DNA from: Nitrospira sp.
GTDB lineage: Bacteria; Nitrospirota; Nitrospiria; Nitrospirales; Nitrospiraceae
DNA: 64,000 nucleotides
Assembly: GCA_029194725.1 (NCBI GenBank)
Contig: JARFXQ010000013.1
Span: 2,611 to 66,610 of the forward strand
Direction: 5' to 3'
The notes below the pieces were generated by a model, which was not told the DNA's origin, searched no databases, and saw only the letters and a list, made by a program, of their open reading frames with translations. A program made the position numbers and the translations under genes. Numbering within the stretch: the first letter of the stretch is position 1; every line of letters begins with the position of its first letter. This document shows, one piece after another, positions 1 to 9,953 of this stretch.

Positions 1-726
1 AAGGTATCGATCCGGAGATCCTTGTCTTCGACCACGACATCGATGTCTTCACTCAACTCCGGATAGACGAATACCGACGCGAACGAGGTGTGCCGGCGCT
101 TGTTGGAATCGAACGGGGAAATGCGCACTAAACGATGGACTCCGGCTTCCGCCTTCAGGTATCCATATGCATGCGATCCTGTGATGGAGAGGGTTACGCT
201 CTTGATACCCGCTTCGTCGCCGGGCAACAGATCCAGTGTTTCTACCTTGAATTTCTTGTGTTCCGCCCACCGTACATACATCCGAAGGAGCATTTGTGCC
301 CAATCCTGCGACTCCGTTCCGCCCGCACCGGGATGAATCGCCACGATGGCATTATTGGGGTCCAGTTCTCCCGAGAGGAGCAGCTCGACACGCAGCGTGG
401 CGAGGCGCGGCTCCAGCTGATTCAGTTCACCAGTCAGCTCGGTCTCAAGGGTCGAGTCGCCGCTCTCATGGGCAAGGTCCAGTAGTGCGCCCAAATCACC
501 CATTTTGGTCTCGATATCGTGCCACTGCTTGAGCTCTCGCTCGATGGCCGATTTCTTCCGACTCACCACTGCGGCGGCGCGGGCATCGTTCCAGAAGTGA
601 GGCTGGCCCATCTGCGCTTCAAGTTCTTGTAAGGCGGCCGTCATATGAGCGAAGTCAAAGATGCCCCCGTAGCTCAGCGACTTGTTCCGCCAATGCACGA
701 ACACGAACTTCCACGTCATCTAGCAT
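1..726 (-). CDS. prfB: Peptide chain release factor 2 (5' part, runs off the window edge), decoded through a programmed +1 frameshift
   Basis: ATG at 726 with SD AGGAGG upstream. 23 codons MLDDVEVRVRALAEQVAELRGHL, then CTT TGA C. The +1 frame reads DFAHMTAALQELEAQMGQPHFWND...RHTSFASVFVYPE, an RF2 signature. Confidence 0.96.
654..669 (-). promoter_or_regulatory. RF2 autoregulatory frameshift site (internal SD GGGGG + CTT-TGA-C)
   Basis: Minus strand reads CGGGGGCATCTTTGAC, matching the canonical prfB shift cassette. Confidence 0.95.
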
Positions 727-747
727 GCCACGAACCTCCTTCTTCGG

Positions 748-2364
748 TTATGCCGGTGTGACTGCCGTCAGGGCTGGTTCCTTCGTGCGGAAATGCCCGA
801 CCAAAACCAAAAACGCGCAGATTATAACACAGGCGTGGGCAAACACATCGCCGTAATAGCTGTAAAACGTGCGGGTTTGTCTGGTCGGGATCGTGGCGTA
901 CGATGCCTGCTCGACGAAAAGAGGCGTCGCTTCGATGATCTGTCCGTACGGATCAACGAAGCCGGAAATTCCCGTGTTGGCGGCGCGCGCGAAGGCCAAA
1001 TGATTTTCCACTGAGCGAAAGACGACCATGGCGAAGTGCTGGGCGGGAGCCGAGGACGGTCCGAACCATCCGTCGTTCGTGATCGTCACCAGAAACTCCG
1101 CGCCGTTCATGGCGAACTGACGGACGAAATCAGGGAAGATCACTTCATAGCAGATCGCCACCCCGAATTTGACTGACCTGGTGCCGCTCGACCGTTCTGT
1201 GTTCCAAGATTTCGGACTGAACGAGAGCGTCGTCGGCCCCGGGCCTGCTTCGAAATCGCCGATCCCTTCGACGAGTTTATCGAGGAAGGACAAGAGCGAG
1301 GATTTGAGGGGGATGTATTCCCCAAACGGCACGAGATGGTGCTTATCATAGCGACCGAGGACTGTGCCGTCCCTTCCCAGCAGATAGGCGCTGTTCAAGA
1401 GGTAGGGGCGGCGATCAGGGTAGAATCTCAAGGCCGGGCTGCCGAAGAGGATCGGCGCCTGCGCGCGCTCCGCCCAAGCGATCAGCTGCAACTGATACTC
1501 TTTCTCCCGCTCGAAAATAAACGGGGTGGCTGCCTCGGGCCACACGACCAAGTCGGTACTGGTTCTCAGCTGGGCCGTCAGCCGATCGAACCGTTGCATC
1601 GTCTCATCGCGGAAAGCCGCATCCCATTTCACGGCTTGATCGATATTCGGCTGAACGACACCGACGGTAATGGAAGGTTTATGATGACCCAGATCTTTAG
1701 CACTCAGGACTACTGAACTGTAGAACCATGAGAGCACCATGCAGGCGGCCGCAGTGGTGAGCAATTCCCACGGCAGTTGGACCGGGTGAAATCCTCGGAA
1801 AAACGGCATGCTCCACAAGAACAGCTCGGCGAAGGCCACATTGACCAGGACAATGAGGAAGGAAATACCGTACACACCCGTGTGGTCTGCCACCTGTATC
1901 AGGTCCAGCTCGTGATATTGCGAATAGCCGAGGAGACACCATGGAAGGCCGGAAAGCAGATTGGTGCGGAACAACTCGAGTGCGACCCAGAAGCATGGCG
2001 CAAAGAAAATCCCGTAACGCGGAATGAGGTCACGTAGCCAAACGACGGCAACAGAGTAGAGCCCGACATAGAGCCCGAGGTAGGTGGTCAGCAGCATTAG
2101 AATGGCGTAGCTGACGATCTCCGGAACCTTGCCATAGGTCGTCATGGCGGTGACGACCCATGACATGATGCCGGTGAATCCAACGATTCCGCTCAACCAC
2201 CCGATCCAAAAGGCCCGCTGTCTGGAGCATTGGTCAAGCGCGAGATGGAGGGGAACCAGGGCGATCCAGGCCAGCAATCCCATGTCAAACTTCGGGAAGC
2301 AGAGAGGCAAGAGCAGTCCGCTCGCGCAGGCAAGTAGTATCTGGCGCGGGCGAGATCCATCCAT
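748..2364 (-). CDS. lnt: Apolipoprotein N-acyltransferase
   Basis: N-terminal TM helices plus a nitrilase-fold domain with WPEA, YDKHHLVPFGEY, ICYE and ITNDGWFG motifs. Confidence 0.95.
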   Translation of the reverse strand: MDGSRPRQILLACASGLLLPLCFPKFDMGLLAWIALVPLHLALDQCSRQRAFWIGWLSGIVGFTGIMSWVVTAMTTYGKVPEIVSYAILMLLTTYLGLYVGLYSVAVVWLRDLIPRYGIFFAPCFWVALELFRTNLLSGLPWCLLGYSQYHELDLIQVADHTGVYGISFLIVLVNVAFAELFLWSMPFFRGFHPVQLPWELLTTAAACMVLSWFYSSVVLSAKDLGHHKPSITVGVVQPNIDQAVKWDAAFRDETMQRFDRLTAQLRTSTDLVVWPEAATPFIFEREKEYQLQLIAWAERAQAPILFGSPALRFYPDRRPYLLNSAYLLGRDGTVLGRYDKHHLVPFGEYIPLKSSLLSFLDKLVEGIGDFEAGPGPTTLSFSPKSWNTERSSGTRSVKFGVAICYEVIFPDFVRQFAMNGAEFLVTITNDGWFGPSSAPAQHFAMVVFRSVENHLAFARAANTGISGFVDPYGQIIEATPLFVEQASYATIPTRQTRTFYSYYGDVFAHACVIICAFLVLVGHFRTKEPALTAVTPA

Positions 2365-2405
2365 CGAGCCGTACCTTACGAAAAGATTGGGCGACTTGCA
2401 AGAGA

Positions 2406-2807
2406 ATGCTTGAACAATCAGCGACTTGGGATGATCGCCAGGTGCTTTTCCTCGGTGAAAGAGGTATTCTACCCTTTGTGGAGAGACGTCGGCACCATCG
2501 AGTTCCTGCTCAAGTCAAGAGCTTGCTTCGGGCCAATTGCCATGAAGTGGAGGGGGAGACCATTGATCTGTCGTTCGGCGGCGCCAGGATTGAAAGCTCT
2601 CTTGATGTCCAACCGGGAAAGCAGATCGCCGTCAAGCTGATTGTCCCAGGAGATGACACGCCGATCCTGATTGAGCAAGCTCGGGTACAATGGATGATCG
2701 ATCGAACATTCGGAGTCCGGTTTGTCCACGTGCCGCAGCGGGAACTGGATGAATTGGAACAGCTGATGGAGGAATGTATCGCCTTTGATGAAGGGAGAAA
2801 GGCATGA
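2406..2807 (+). CDS. PilZ-domain protein (c-di-GMP receptor)
   Basis: RRHHR (RxxxR) and DLSFGG (DxSxxG) motifs. Confidence 0.85.
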   Translation: MLEQSATWDDRQVLFLGERGILPFVERRRHHRVPAQVKSLLRANCHEVEGETIDLSFGGARIESSLDVQPGKQIAVKLIVPGDDTPILIEQARVQWMIDRTFGVRFVHVPQRELDELEQLMEECIAFDEGRKA

Positions 2808-3019
2808 AATCCGTCGAAATTCTGACTGACATACAGACCGACGACCCGCGCCGCTGGATAGGAGGCGAAGCGACCGTCGGTTCCCAAGCCCGGCGCTATA
2901 TCCGTCGCCAATCGGGACCATCCAACTCGCTTCTCGGTGTGATCCTCGGCTTGACCTTCCTCGGTGGCTTCGCACTGGGCAGCTCCTTCGCCCTGCTCTG
3001 TCGATCCAAGAGCCGCTAG
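2804..3019 (+). CDS. Small membrane protein, hypothetical
   Basis: ATGA overlap with the upstream PilZ gene; one C-terminal hydrophobic helix. Confidence 0.55.
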   Translation: MKSVEILTDIQTDDPRRWIGGEATVGSQARRYIRRQSGPSNSLLGVILGLTFLGGFALGSSFALLCRSKSR

Positions 3020-3400
3020 CAATCTTGGTCTCATCTGTTTATGCACTGTTCTGAATGAGCCAGAGCCTGTCCCTGTCACCTCTGCATGGGGACCAGCTGG
3101 TATTGGCTGTGATACAAGCGGCCTCTAATTCTGTGATAGTGTGAAACAGACGAGGATACGCCTCCCGACCCTGCGTCGATCTCTACCGCTCAGGAATCCC
3201 CGCTCACCTGGCAGACCAGATGATCCAGATCCAGCTGACGCGTGAGGGTGAGTTAGTCATCCGCGACCGCGAGCGGTTCGTGCGCAGCGGCCGTAGTGTG
3301 GACCACCAGCCGCAGAGAAGCGAGACCTCGGCATTCCTGATACTCCTTCTCGCCAAATGAGATCAAGAAACAGCTGCTTTTTGCTATACTCCTGTCCACC

Positions 3401-3799
3401 ATGCCACCGGATACCCCCTCTCCGCAGCCCTCGCCGGAAGATCGCCGTCAGTTTTATCGTATCACCGTCCCCTTGCCCATCTGTCTTCAGACTGAGAACG
3501 ACGAGACGGAGGGGACGCTCATCGAAAGGTCCGTCAACATCAGCGGGGGCGGCATCGGTGTCACGCTCAACGAGGCATTCGAGGTGAATGAAATTCTTTC
3601 CTGCACCCTGCTTCTTCCTGATCAAGTACTCTTTAAGGCTTACCTCGAAGTGTTGCGAGTTGATGTCATCGCTTATCCAGTCAACACCTATCGCCTCCAT
3701 GGCCGCTTCGTCAGGATGGCCAATCAGGATCGAGAACTGCTGATCAGACATATCTTAAAATTCCAGCGCGAACACCTCAATAAACACTACTCTGCTTGA
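3401..3799 (+). CDS. PilZ-domain protein
   Basis: RQFYR and NISGGG motifs. Confidence 0.85.
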   Translation: MPPDTPSPQPSPEDRRQFYRITVPLPICLQTENDETEGTLIERSVNISGGGIGVTLNEAFEVNEILSCTLLLPDQVLFKAYLEVLRVDVIAYPVNTYRLHGRFVRMANQDRELLIRHILKFQREHLNKHYSA

Positions 3800-3817
3800 A
3801 TAGGCACGGTCCTCACT

Positions 3818-4282
3818 GTGGGTAGGATTCGCACAACTCTGAGAACCCTGCTTGGTCCCTGCGAAAGGGGGATTCATTCTGTCACGCGAGGCCGACTAGA
3901 CTGGGATACCGTGGAACTCACCTATCCCTATTTTCGACAGCACTATCGAGTCCCCCTCGCCGAGCAGTACTCCGTGATGTTTTCTGATACAGCGACGATC
4001 GCGGAGGGGAAGATTATGAATCTCACCGTGTTCGGCTGCGCGATTGAATGTGCCGCCCTCGCGCCATATGGGACCACCCTCCAGGTACGACTGATCCTCC
4101 CGGATCAGGCACAGTCACTCCCGGTCGAAGAGGCCGAGGTGCGGTGGGTCCAAGGGAATCGAATGGGACTTCAGTTTCACAAGGTGGAGCGAGCGGCGGA
4201 TTTTCGGCTCCACGGGTTTGTGTGGGATCGGATGGTCGAGCGGCTCCGAACGATCACTCAAGAAGGATTTTCTGCCTGTTGA
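3818..4282 (+). CDS. PilZ-domain protein (start uncertain)
   Basis: RQHYR, degenerate NLTVFG and the AEVRW..GLQF beta-barrel pattern. Confidence 0.75.
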   Translation: MGRIRTTLRTLLGPCERGIHSVTRGRLDWDTVELTYPYFRQHYRVPLAEQYSVMFSDTATIAEGKIMNLTVFGCAIECAALAPYGTTLQVRLILPDQAQSLPVEEAEVRWVQGNRMGLQFHKVERAADFRLHGFVWDRMVERLRTITQEGFSAC

Positions 4283-5262
4283 TCCTGGGATATCCTGCCT
4301 TTTCCAACCATCGCCAAGCACAACAGCCCAATGCCGATCCACACGAGCTCGCGGAACCGTCGCAGCAGTGCGAAGGTAATCCCCGTCACATCACTGTAGC
4401 CGAACGCTTGGAGCAACAGGAGATTGCCGGCATCTTGGGCGCCCAGGCTGCCGGGGACGAAGAAGGATCCGCCCTTGATAAACACGGCGAGCGCTCCAAT
4501 AGAGAAGGCGGACAACACACTCACAGAGGCGCCGAGTAAATAGATGATCCCAAAGACTTCCATCGATTCGACCATCCAGCCCAAAAAGTACAGCCCCATC
4601 GACGCATAGAAGGCCTTTTGATGGTGGCTGTAGAAATTCTGGATCGTCTGGTCGATCGAGCGCAGGTGCTCTTCCTGCGCTTCCAGAGACCGGATTCGTA
4701 GGCCCAATTTCCTGACCAATGACAGAATCGATGCAAAGAGTCCACGTTGCTGGATGAAGACAAACCCTGCGATTGAACAGACCAGCAGTCCGATCCCCAA
4801 CAGCGCTGCCGTGATCGTCTGCCCCGCTGAGCTTCCTGTGCCCAGAATCCAGAAGGCAAGGGCGATGCCCGTGAGGATATAGAACACTTCGGCGATCGTC
4901 ATGGTTGTCTTGGCGATCACCACAGACGCTGCTCCGTCCTTCATCGGAATATGGTACTTCTTGAGCAAATACGCCTTTAACGGTTCTCCCGCCACGTAGG
5001 CTGGTGTGGTCATGTTCACCACTTCACCGGCCGTGCGAATCGTCAGCAGTCGCCAAAACGGCACCCCTTGCGCCGCTCGCCCCAACACCACTTTCCACCC
5101 GTAGGCTTCAACGGAATACATGATGACTGATGGGATCAGAACGGCGAGCAAGGCTGTCGGACCGAGGCGCGTAGCGGCCTCATAGATATTAGCGGGGCCG
5201 ATATGCCACACAAGAAGGCTCAGAACGACGAGGCCAAGGGTGAGTAGGATATAGCGTAACAC
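4258..5262 (-). CDS. Flippase-like membrane protein (lysylphosphatidylglycerol synthase TM / UPF0104 family)
   Basis: Multi-TM protein with family-typical GEPLKAYLL and PGSLGAQD motifs. Confidence 0.8.
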   Translation of the reverse strand: MLRYILLTLGLVVLSLLVWHIGPANIYEAATRLGPTALLAVLIPSVIMYSVEAYGWKVVLGRAAQGVPFWRLLTIRTAGEVVNMTTPAYVAGEPLKAYLLKKYHIPMKDGAASVVIAKTTMTIAEVFYILTGIALAFWILGTGSSAGQTITAALLGIGLLVCSIAGFVFIQQRGLFASILSLVRKLGLRIRSLEAQEEHLRSIDQTIQNFYSHHQKAFYASMGLYFLGWMVESMEVFGIIYLLGASVSVLSAFSIGALAVFIKGGSFFVPGSLGAQDAGNLLLLQAFGYSDVTGITFALLRRFRELVWIGIGLLCLAMVGKGRISQDQQAENPS

Positions 5263-5286
5263 GTCAGTCGGATGGTGAACGCGGCA

Positions 5287-6723
5287 TTATGGCCGAGGAA
5301 ATGAGACTGCGGATGGACGGATGAGCCATGCTACGATGCCGGCAAATAGCCATGTGCCGGCTACCGCAAAGAGCAAAAACCAATAGAGTTGATCGAACAG
5401 CGCAAAGCCCAGTAAGGCTGCCGAGAAATCGCGGGTGGCGACATTTTTCAAGATGACATCCGCCCAGGCCGCATGGGCAGGGGTTCTCCAACCATTCGCT
5501 GCTTTGATCTTGTGCGCCTTTTCGGCGAGTAAGAGCGAGAGGCCGTTGCCGAACACCGAGGCGACGCCTAGCGCGAGAGGAACCCAGTCGTCCGTTTGTC
5601 CCATGTGGGTCATGTAGAGTCCCACGGCGATGCCCGCAAAAATCGCCATATGCACGATGTTGTCCAAGACAACGTCGAGCCAAGCACCAAAGGGCGACTC
5701 GGTGAAGGTCAATCGCGCGATTTCACCGTCACAGCAATCAATGACGGCTGCCAATTGAAACAGGAGGGCTGCCACGATACCGGCGCTGTACGTACCCATC
5801 CCAAACCCGACTGCAGCAACCAGACCGATTAATCCGGCGAGGACCGTGATGGAATTAGGCGACAACCCCATGGCGAGAAACAGGCGCGTGAACCAGCGAG
5901 AGACCTTGCGATTGAAATAGCGATCGACGAATCCTTCAAATTCCCCCTTGAGCGAACTGAACAACTTCTTTTCGGCTGTTTGGACGTCAGCCAGGGTTCG
6001 GACCGGTTGATACCAATTACCCCGTTTCTCTTCAGCCGAGACGACACGCACTCGACCATCCGCCGCGGCCCGCTCAAGCCACTGCCGGATCGGAGGGCTT
6101 CCCTTCTCACTCACCGCTTGATCGGCGGTGCTCATCAGGCTTGCGGGCAAGACCACCAGCTCGGCGACACGCAAGGCGGGATCGTCGAGACGAGGGTGGA
6201 TGAAGCTGGCCAAGCGATTGGCCGGGACTTTCGACCGCACGCTCTGCACCATGAACTGATCGACGTGCCCTGGTGTGGCTTGAGAGACCACGATGGCCTG
6301 ACCGTCCTGCACGTCACGTCGCAACCGTTCGATCAACCCTCGAGAGAACACGCTATTGACGCTTGCAACCAACGCAAAACCGTGCACTTCGGCCGCCAAG
6401 GCTTCCCACGTCCGAGGATCGTCGAGAGGAAATTCACGGATCGGCATCCATCGGACGGGAATCGTGACGCGCGGCCCTTTGCTGAGCGACTGTTTCAGTT
6501 CCTCTTCCTCGGAACCGGACAGGACGATTAGTTGACGAATCCCTGCTCGTTGCAAGGTGAGCACGGTCCGTTGAAAGAGTCCGACCCCCACGACGCTGGT
6601 CAGGGGCCCCACGTCGTCGATCTGCAGCCCGATCGGACCGCCGAAAATCCCGACAGACGGCAGCAGAATCGCCGTCGTCAGTTCATGGATCTCCGCTCTC
6701 TTCTGAAGGATGCTCTTACTCAT
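5287..6723 (-). CDS. CDP-alcohol phosphatidyltransferase with an N-terminal degenerate nucleotidyltransferase-like domain
   Basis: Signature DCCDGEIARLTFTESPFGAWLDVVLD (D-x2-DG-x2-AR-x8-G-x3-D-x3-D); soluble N-terminal half of about 260 aa. Confidence 0.85.
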   Translation of the reverse strand: MSKSILQKRAEIHELTTAILLPSVGIFGGPIGLQIDDVGPLTSVVGVGLFQRTVLTLQRAGIRQLIVLSGSEEEELKQSLSKGPRVTIPVRWMPIREFPLDDPRTWEALAAEVHGFALVASVNSVFSRGLIERLRRDVQDGQAIVVSQATPGHVDQFMVQSVRSKVPANRLASFIHPRLDDPALRVAELVVLPASLMSTADQAVSEKGSPPIRQWLERAAADGRVRVVSAEEKRGNWYQPVRTLADVQTAEKKLFSSLKGEFEGFVDRYFNRKVSRWFTRLFLAMGLSPNSITVLAGLIGLVAAVGFGMGTYSAGIVAALLFQLAAVIDCCDGEIARLTFTESPFGAWLDVVLDNIVHMAIFAGIAVGLYMTHMGQTDDWVPLALGVASVFGNGLSLLLAEKAHKIKAANGWRTPAHAAWADVILKNVATRDFSAALLGFALFDQLYWFLLFAVAGTWLFAGIVAWLIRPSAVSFPRP

Positions 6724-6809
6724 GGTTCCCTAGACAACTGTGTCTGCTCGCTCGGAATTCCTTGCGTACGGCCTTCCATACCAGAAATTCTACCATGCTG
6801 AGGACGTTC

Positions 6810-7529
6810 TCATAATCTTGGCGAAACTTCCAACTCGGCTTTTCTTATGTCCTCGATGAAGTCGATCTCGGTCCAGGGCAATCCTCCGACCCGTTCATAA
6901 CCGACCCGGACATCCTGAAAATACTGCTGCAGCGCGTCCTCGTACTCCATATCCCACGAGCCTCTGTCGATGTGGTTACGGAGCGACGAGATAACGCGAG
7001 GCGTGTCCGTATGCCGTATCCGAAGAAATCCCACCCCTTCACCGGCGTGGTCGTACTGTTCCGGCATGTGCTTTGTCAGTGCGACAACTCGGCCTCCCGC
7101 CACGACCACCATGCATTCTTCCCCGGTCTGCTTCACCGTCTCATCCATCAGCAGGGCATTCTCGAAGGGCGACGACACCAGACGTCGTAGGATTTCCTGA
7201 TGGAACAACACGTCGGCATCCATCACGATAGCGTCGTCGTCGAGCGCGGTTCGTGCGATCCACAGCGAGGAAATACTACCTCTGTGAAACTGGTCGTTGA
7301 CCAGAAACGTAACGTTGACGCCACACGCATCCCGTTCGACCGCCGCACGAATCATCTCTTGCTTGTACCCGACGACGATCTCCGCCCGACGAATGCCGAC
7401 GGAAACCAGCGATTCTAAGTAGCGGCGCAGGAGTGACCGTCCGCCGATCTCGATGAGGCATTTCGGTCGATGTTGGGTCACTTCCCACAGGCGTTTTCCC
7501 ACTCCCGCTGCAAGGATGATTGCCTTCAT
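6810..7529 (-). CDS. Phosphocholine/phosphonate cytidylyltransferase family NTP transferase (LicC/PntC-like)
   Basis: MKAIILAAGVGKRL...PKCL and WTEIDF motifs; ATGA overlap with the transaminase stop. Confidence 0.85.
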   Translation of the reverse strand: MKAIILAAGVGKRLWEVTQHRPKCLIEIGGRSLLRRYLESLVSVGIRRAEIVVGYKQEMIRAAVERDACGVNVTFLVNDQFHRGSISSLWIARTALDDDAIVMDADVLFHQEILRRLVSSPFENALLMDETVKQTGEECMVVVAGGRVVALTKHMPEQYDHAGEGVGFLRIRHTDTPRVISSLRNHIDRGSWDMEYEDALQQYFQDVRVGYERVGGLPWTEIDFIEDIRKAELEVSPRL

Positions 7530-8608
7530 GCCGAATGACACACCTGCTCGAAGGCGTCGAGAAACCCGCCAAATTCCTCCTCGGACAATGCTCCCATATT
7601 GGCCACGCGAAAAATCTTGTTTTCCAAGTTGCCTTGCCCGGCATAAATGACATAACCCTGCTGCTTCAGGCGGTCATGCAACGCCTGGTAAGACACACCA
7701 TCCGGCAAGTGATAGGCCGTGATGGTACTCGATTGCCGGTCCACCGGGAGAAGCGCCCTCACGCCGAGTTTGGCCATTCGTTCACGGATTAGGGTTGCCA
7801 TCTTCTTATACCGTTGGATGCGATTGGACACGCCCTCTTCGAGGAGTTCGTTGAGTGCTTCGTCGAAGGCATAGTAGATCTGCACTGCTGGTGTGAAGGG
7901 AATCGCGCCTCGCCCTTCGTTGTCGATGTAATGGGTCAGATGGAGATACCAGGAGCGCTTCGGGTACGACCGCATTTTCTCCACGAACCCTTTCCGCACC
8001 AACACGAATGAGACGCCTGGAAACCCCTGAATACACTTTCCCGCCGTCCCCACCACCATATAGATGTGTGACCGCGCAATGTCGATCACCTCGCCCGCCA
8101 GAGCGCTGACCGCATCGAGCACAAACACACGATTCTGATTGTCGACGATCTCGGCGATCTCCTGGACCGGATTGAGGAGTCCGGTGGTGGTCTCATGGTG
8201 CACCATGCCCACGGCATGTACTTCCTGATGCTGTCGCAAGGCAAGAAGCAATTTTTCCGGATCGGGTCGAACCGTCCATTCATACTTCAACTCGTTCGCC
8301 CCCAGACGATGGAGGCCCACGATTTGAGACATCCGTTCCCCATACACGCCGTTGTTGAGGATGAGTATCCGGCGGCCGTGAGGGAGCGAAGACATTAAGG
8401 CGGCTTCGACAGCGGCCGTCCCCGACCCGGTCATCACGACGGCGACGTATTCCGATTCAGCTCCTGGGACAAAGGCCTTAAGCAGTTTGGTTTGGATGCG
8501 GTGAAGCAGTTCGACAAATTCCTCTTCTCTATGGCAGATATCAGGTTTCAGCAGTGCCTGCCGTACCCGCTCGGAAACATTCACCGGCCCAGGATTGAGC
8601 AGGATCAT
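7526..8608 (-). CDS. 2-aminoethylphosphonate aminotransferase (class V PLP, AepZ/PhnW-like)
   Basis: LLNPGP, GSGTAAVE, NGVYGER, HHETTTG, DAVSA, GKCIQGFPG and FTP motifs. Confidence 0.85.
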   Translation of the reverse strand: MILLNPGPVNVSERVRQALLKPDICHREEEFVELLHRIQTKLLKAFVPGAESEYVAVVMTGSGTAAVEAALMSSLPHGRRILILNNGVYGERMSQIVGLHRLGANELKYEWTVRPDPEKLLLALRQHQEVHAVGMVHHETTTGLLNPVQEIAEIVDNQNRVFVLDAVSALAGEVIDIARSHIYMVVGTAGKCIQGFPGVSFVLVRKGFVEKMRSYPKRSWYLHLTHYIDNEGRGAIPFTPAVQIYYAFDEALNELLEEGVSNRIQRYKKMATLIRERMAKLGVRALLPVDRQSSTITAYHLPDGVSYQALHDRLKQQGYVIYAGQGNLENKIFRVANMGALSEEEFGGFLDAFEQVCHSA

Positions 8609-8620
8609 GCGTCAGCTCCC

Positions 8621-8710
8621 GGACTGAGGACTGAAGACGGGGGACTGAGGAGCGGCGCTGCCGTGATTTCCATCTTTCCTTCTCGGTCCTCAGTCCTCGT
8701 TGCTCAGTCC
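8621..8710. repeat. Heptamer-periodic inverted repeat (4x GGACTGA-like ... 4x TCAGTCC-like)
   Basis: GGACTGA GGACTGA AGACGGG GGACTGA at 8621-8648; TCGGTCC TCAGTCC TCGTTGC TCAGTCC at 8683-8710. Confidence 0.85.
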
Positions 8711-9288
8711 TACGCGATTGCTTTCATGAACCGGCGAGTGATGTCCGGCGGATCATGCAGGACACGGCCGGCATCTTCCACAAATTCGTTCACCTTGATG
8801 AGCAACATGCTTGGCCCATCCTTCTTCAGCATGTCCTTGAACTCGTAGACGAGATCATCGCGATCAAGTACCCTTTCCACATTCACGTAACCTGCCGCCT
8901 TCGCTACTTTCTCCAGCGGCACCACGTTGGAGATCGTGGGCTGGTTCCCGGTCGTTCCGTACACTTCGTTGTCGAATACGATGTGGATGAAGTTTTTCGG
9001 CTTCAACGCACCGACCGTCGCGACGGTGCCCATTCCCATTAACACATTCCCATCGCCATCAAAGATAATCACTTGTTTATTCGGCTTTGCGAGTGCGACA
9101 CCGAGCGCAATCGCCGAGGCATTCCCCATCGAGCCGATCATGTAGAAATGAGTGGGCCGATCCGCGATCGCGTGAGCCTCGCGCGAGGGAAACCCGTTGC
9201 AGATAACGACGGGCTGGTCGGTCAGCAACTCCAGCAAGGCCGCCATGGCCTGCGCTCGGCTGATCAATGTGCCCTGTTCGGGCCTCAT
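8710..9288 (-). CDS. Phosphonopyruvate decarboxylase beta subunit (TPP-binding; ComE-like)
   Basis: FYMIGSMG and DGDG-x-N (FDNEVY) TPP motif. Start at 9288 overlaps the alpha-subunit stop (ATGA). Confidence 0.82.
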   Translation of the reverse strand: MRPEQGTLISRAQAMAALLELLTDQPVVICNGFPSREAHAIADRPTHFYMIGSMGNASAIALGVALAKPNKQVIIFDGDGNVLMGMGTVATVGALKPKNFIHIVFDNEVYGTTGNQPTISNVVPLEKVAKAAGYVNVERVLDRDDLVYEFKDMLKKDGPSMLLIKVNEFVEDAGRVLHDPPDITRRFMKAIA

Positions 9289-9782
9289 GGATGCAACCCC
9301 TTCACCACGCCCTTGGTGATGAGCAACGCCACGGGAATCTGTTGCTGCATGAAAGTCTGGGCCACCCACCTGAAATCCTCGGCGGCCGTCTTTTCGGTCA
9401 AGGAACGATGCGGAATTTTAACGATATCGAGCAATTGAGGCATCACCTCCCCCATCACCAAATGTTCAGGAGCGTCCTTTCCTCCTTGACCACGCCATGA
9501 AACAATCAGTACACAGGGTTGCTTATAAATCATATTCAGAGAAATGAGCGTATTGAGAGAGGTGCCGAGTCCCGAATTCTGCATGAGCACGGCGGGTGTC
9601 TTTCCCGCCATATATGCGCCGGCAGCCATACCGACCGCTTCATCCTCCCGAACTGCAGGGGTGTAGAGTCGACGGTTCATGAGTTCCGCAATGATCCCGC
9701 CCAGGATCGAATCCGGTACACCGGTGAAAAAATCGATCCCCATGTCCTGCATGGCTTGTACGAATACGTCGCTTTCAATCAT
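9285..9782 (-). CDS. Phosphonopyruvate decarboxylase alpha subunit (ComD-like)
   Basis: FFTGVPDS, REDEAVGMAAG, MQNSGLG and SWRG..DAPEH motifs. Confidence 0.82.
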   Translation of the reverse strand: MIESDVFVQAMQDMGIDFFTGVPDSILGGIIAELMNRRLYTPAVREDEAVGMAAGAYMAGKTPAVLMQNSGLGTSLNTLISLNMIYKQPCVLIVSWRGQGGKDAPEHLVMGEVMPQLLDIVKIPHRSLTEKTAAEDFRWVAQTFMQQQIPVALLITKGVVKGLHP

Positions 9783-9829
9783 TGGGGGGGCCAGCTGGAA
9801 TATTGTTACACACCCGCGAAAACCGGCGC

Positions 9830-9859
9830 ATTATAAGATAGGCCCTGCGAGGTTCTCAA
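9830..9859 (-). promoter_or_regulatory. Sigma70-type promoter of the decarboxylase-to-flippase operon
   Basis: TTGAGA-N18-TATAAT on the minus strand. Confidence 0.55.
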
Positions 9860-9953
9860 GAACGATCCACAAGAATGACCCACTGTTGAGTTGACTTCCC
9901 TTGCATGTTAGCGTTAAGGCCAGTACGGTTGTTGTCTGAATCCGCCTAGAGCG

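Noticed and set aside
3020-3400. Short ORF fragment MIQIQLTREGELVIRDRERF in the intergenic gap
   Set aside because: Too short, with no SD or recognisable family; it cannot be supported as a gene or pseudogene.
8621-8710. CRISPR array
   Set aside because: Units are 7 nt with no unique spacers, and there are no cas genes in the window.
8710-9782. Coenzyme M biosynthesis (ComDE sulfopyruvate decarboxylase)
   Set aside because: No comA, comB or comC in the window; the neighbours fit a phosphonate pathway. Not fully excluded without an assay.
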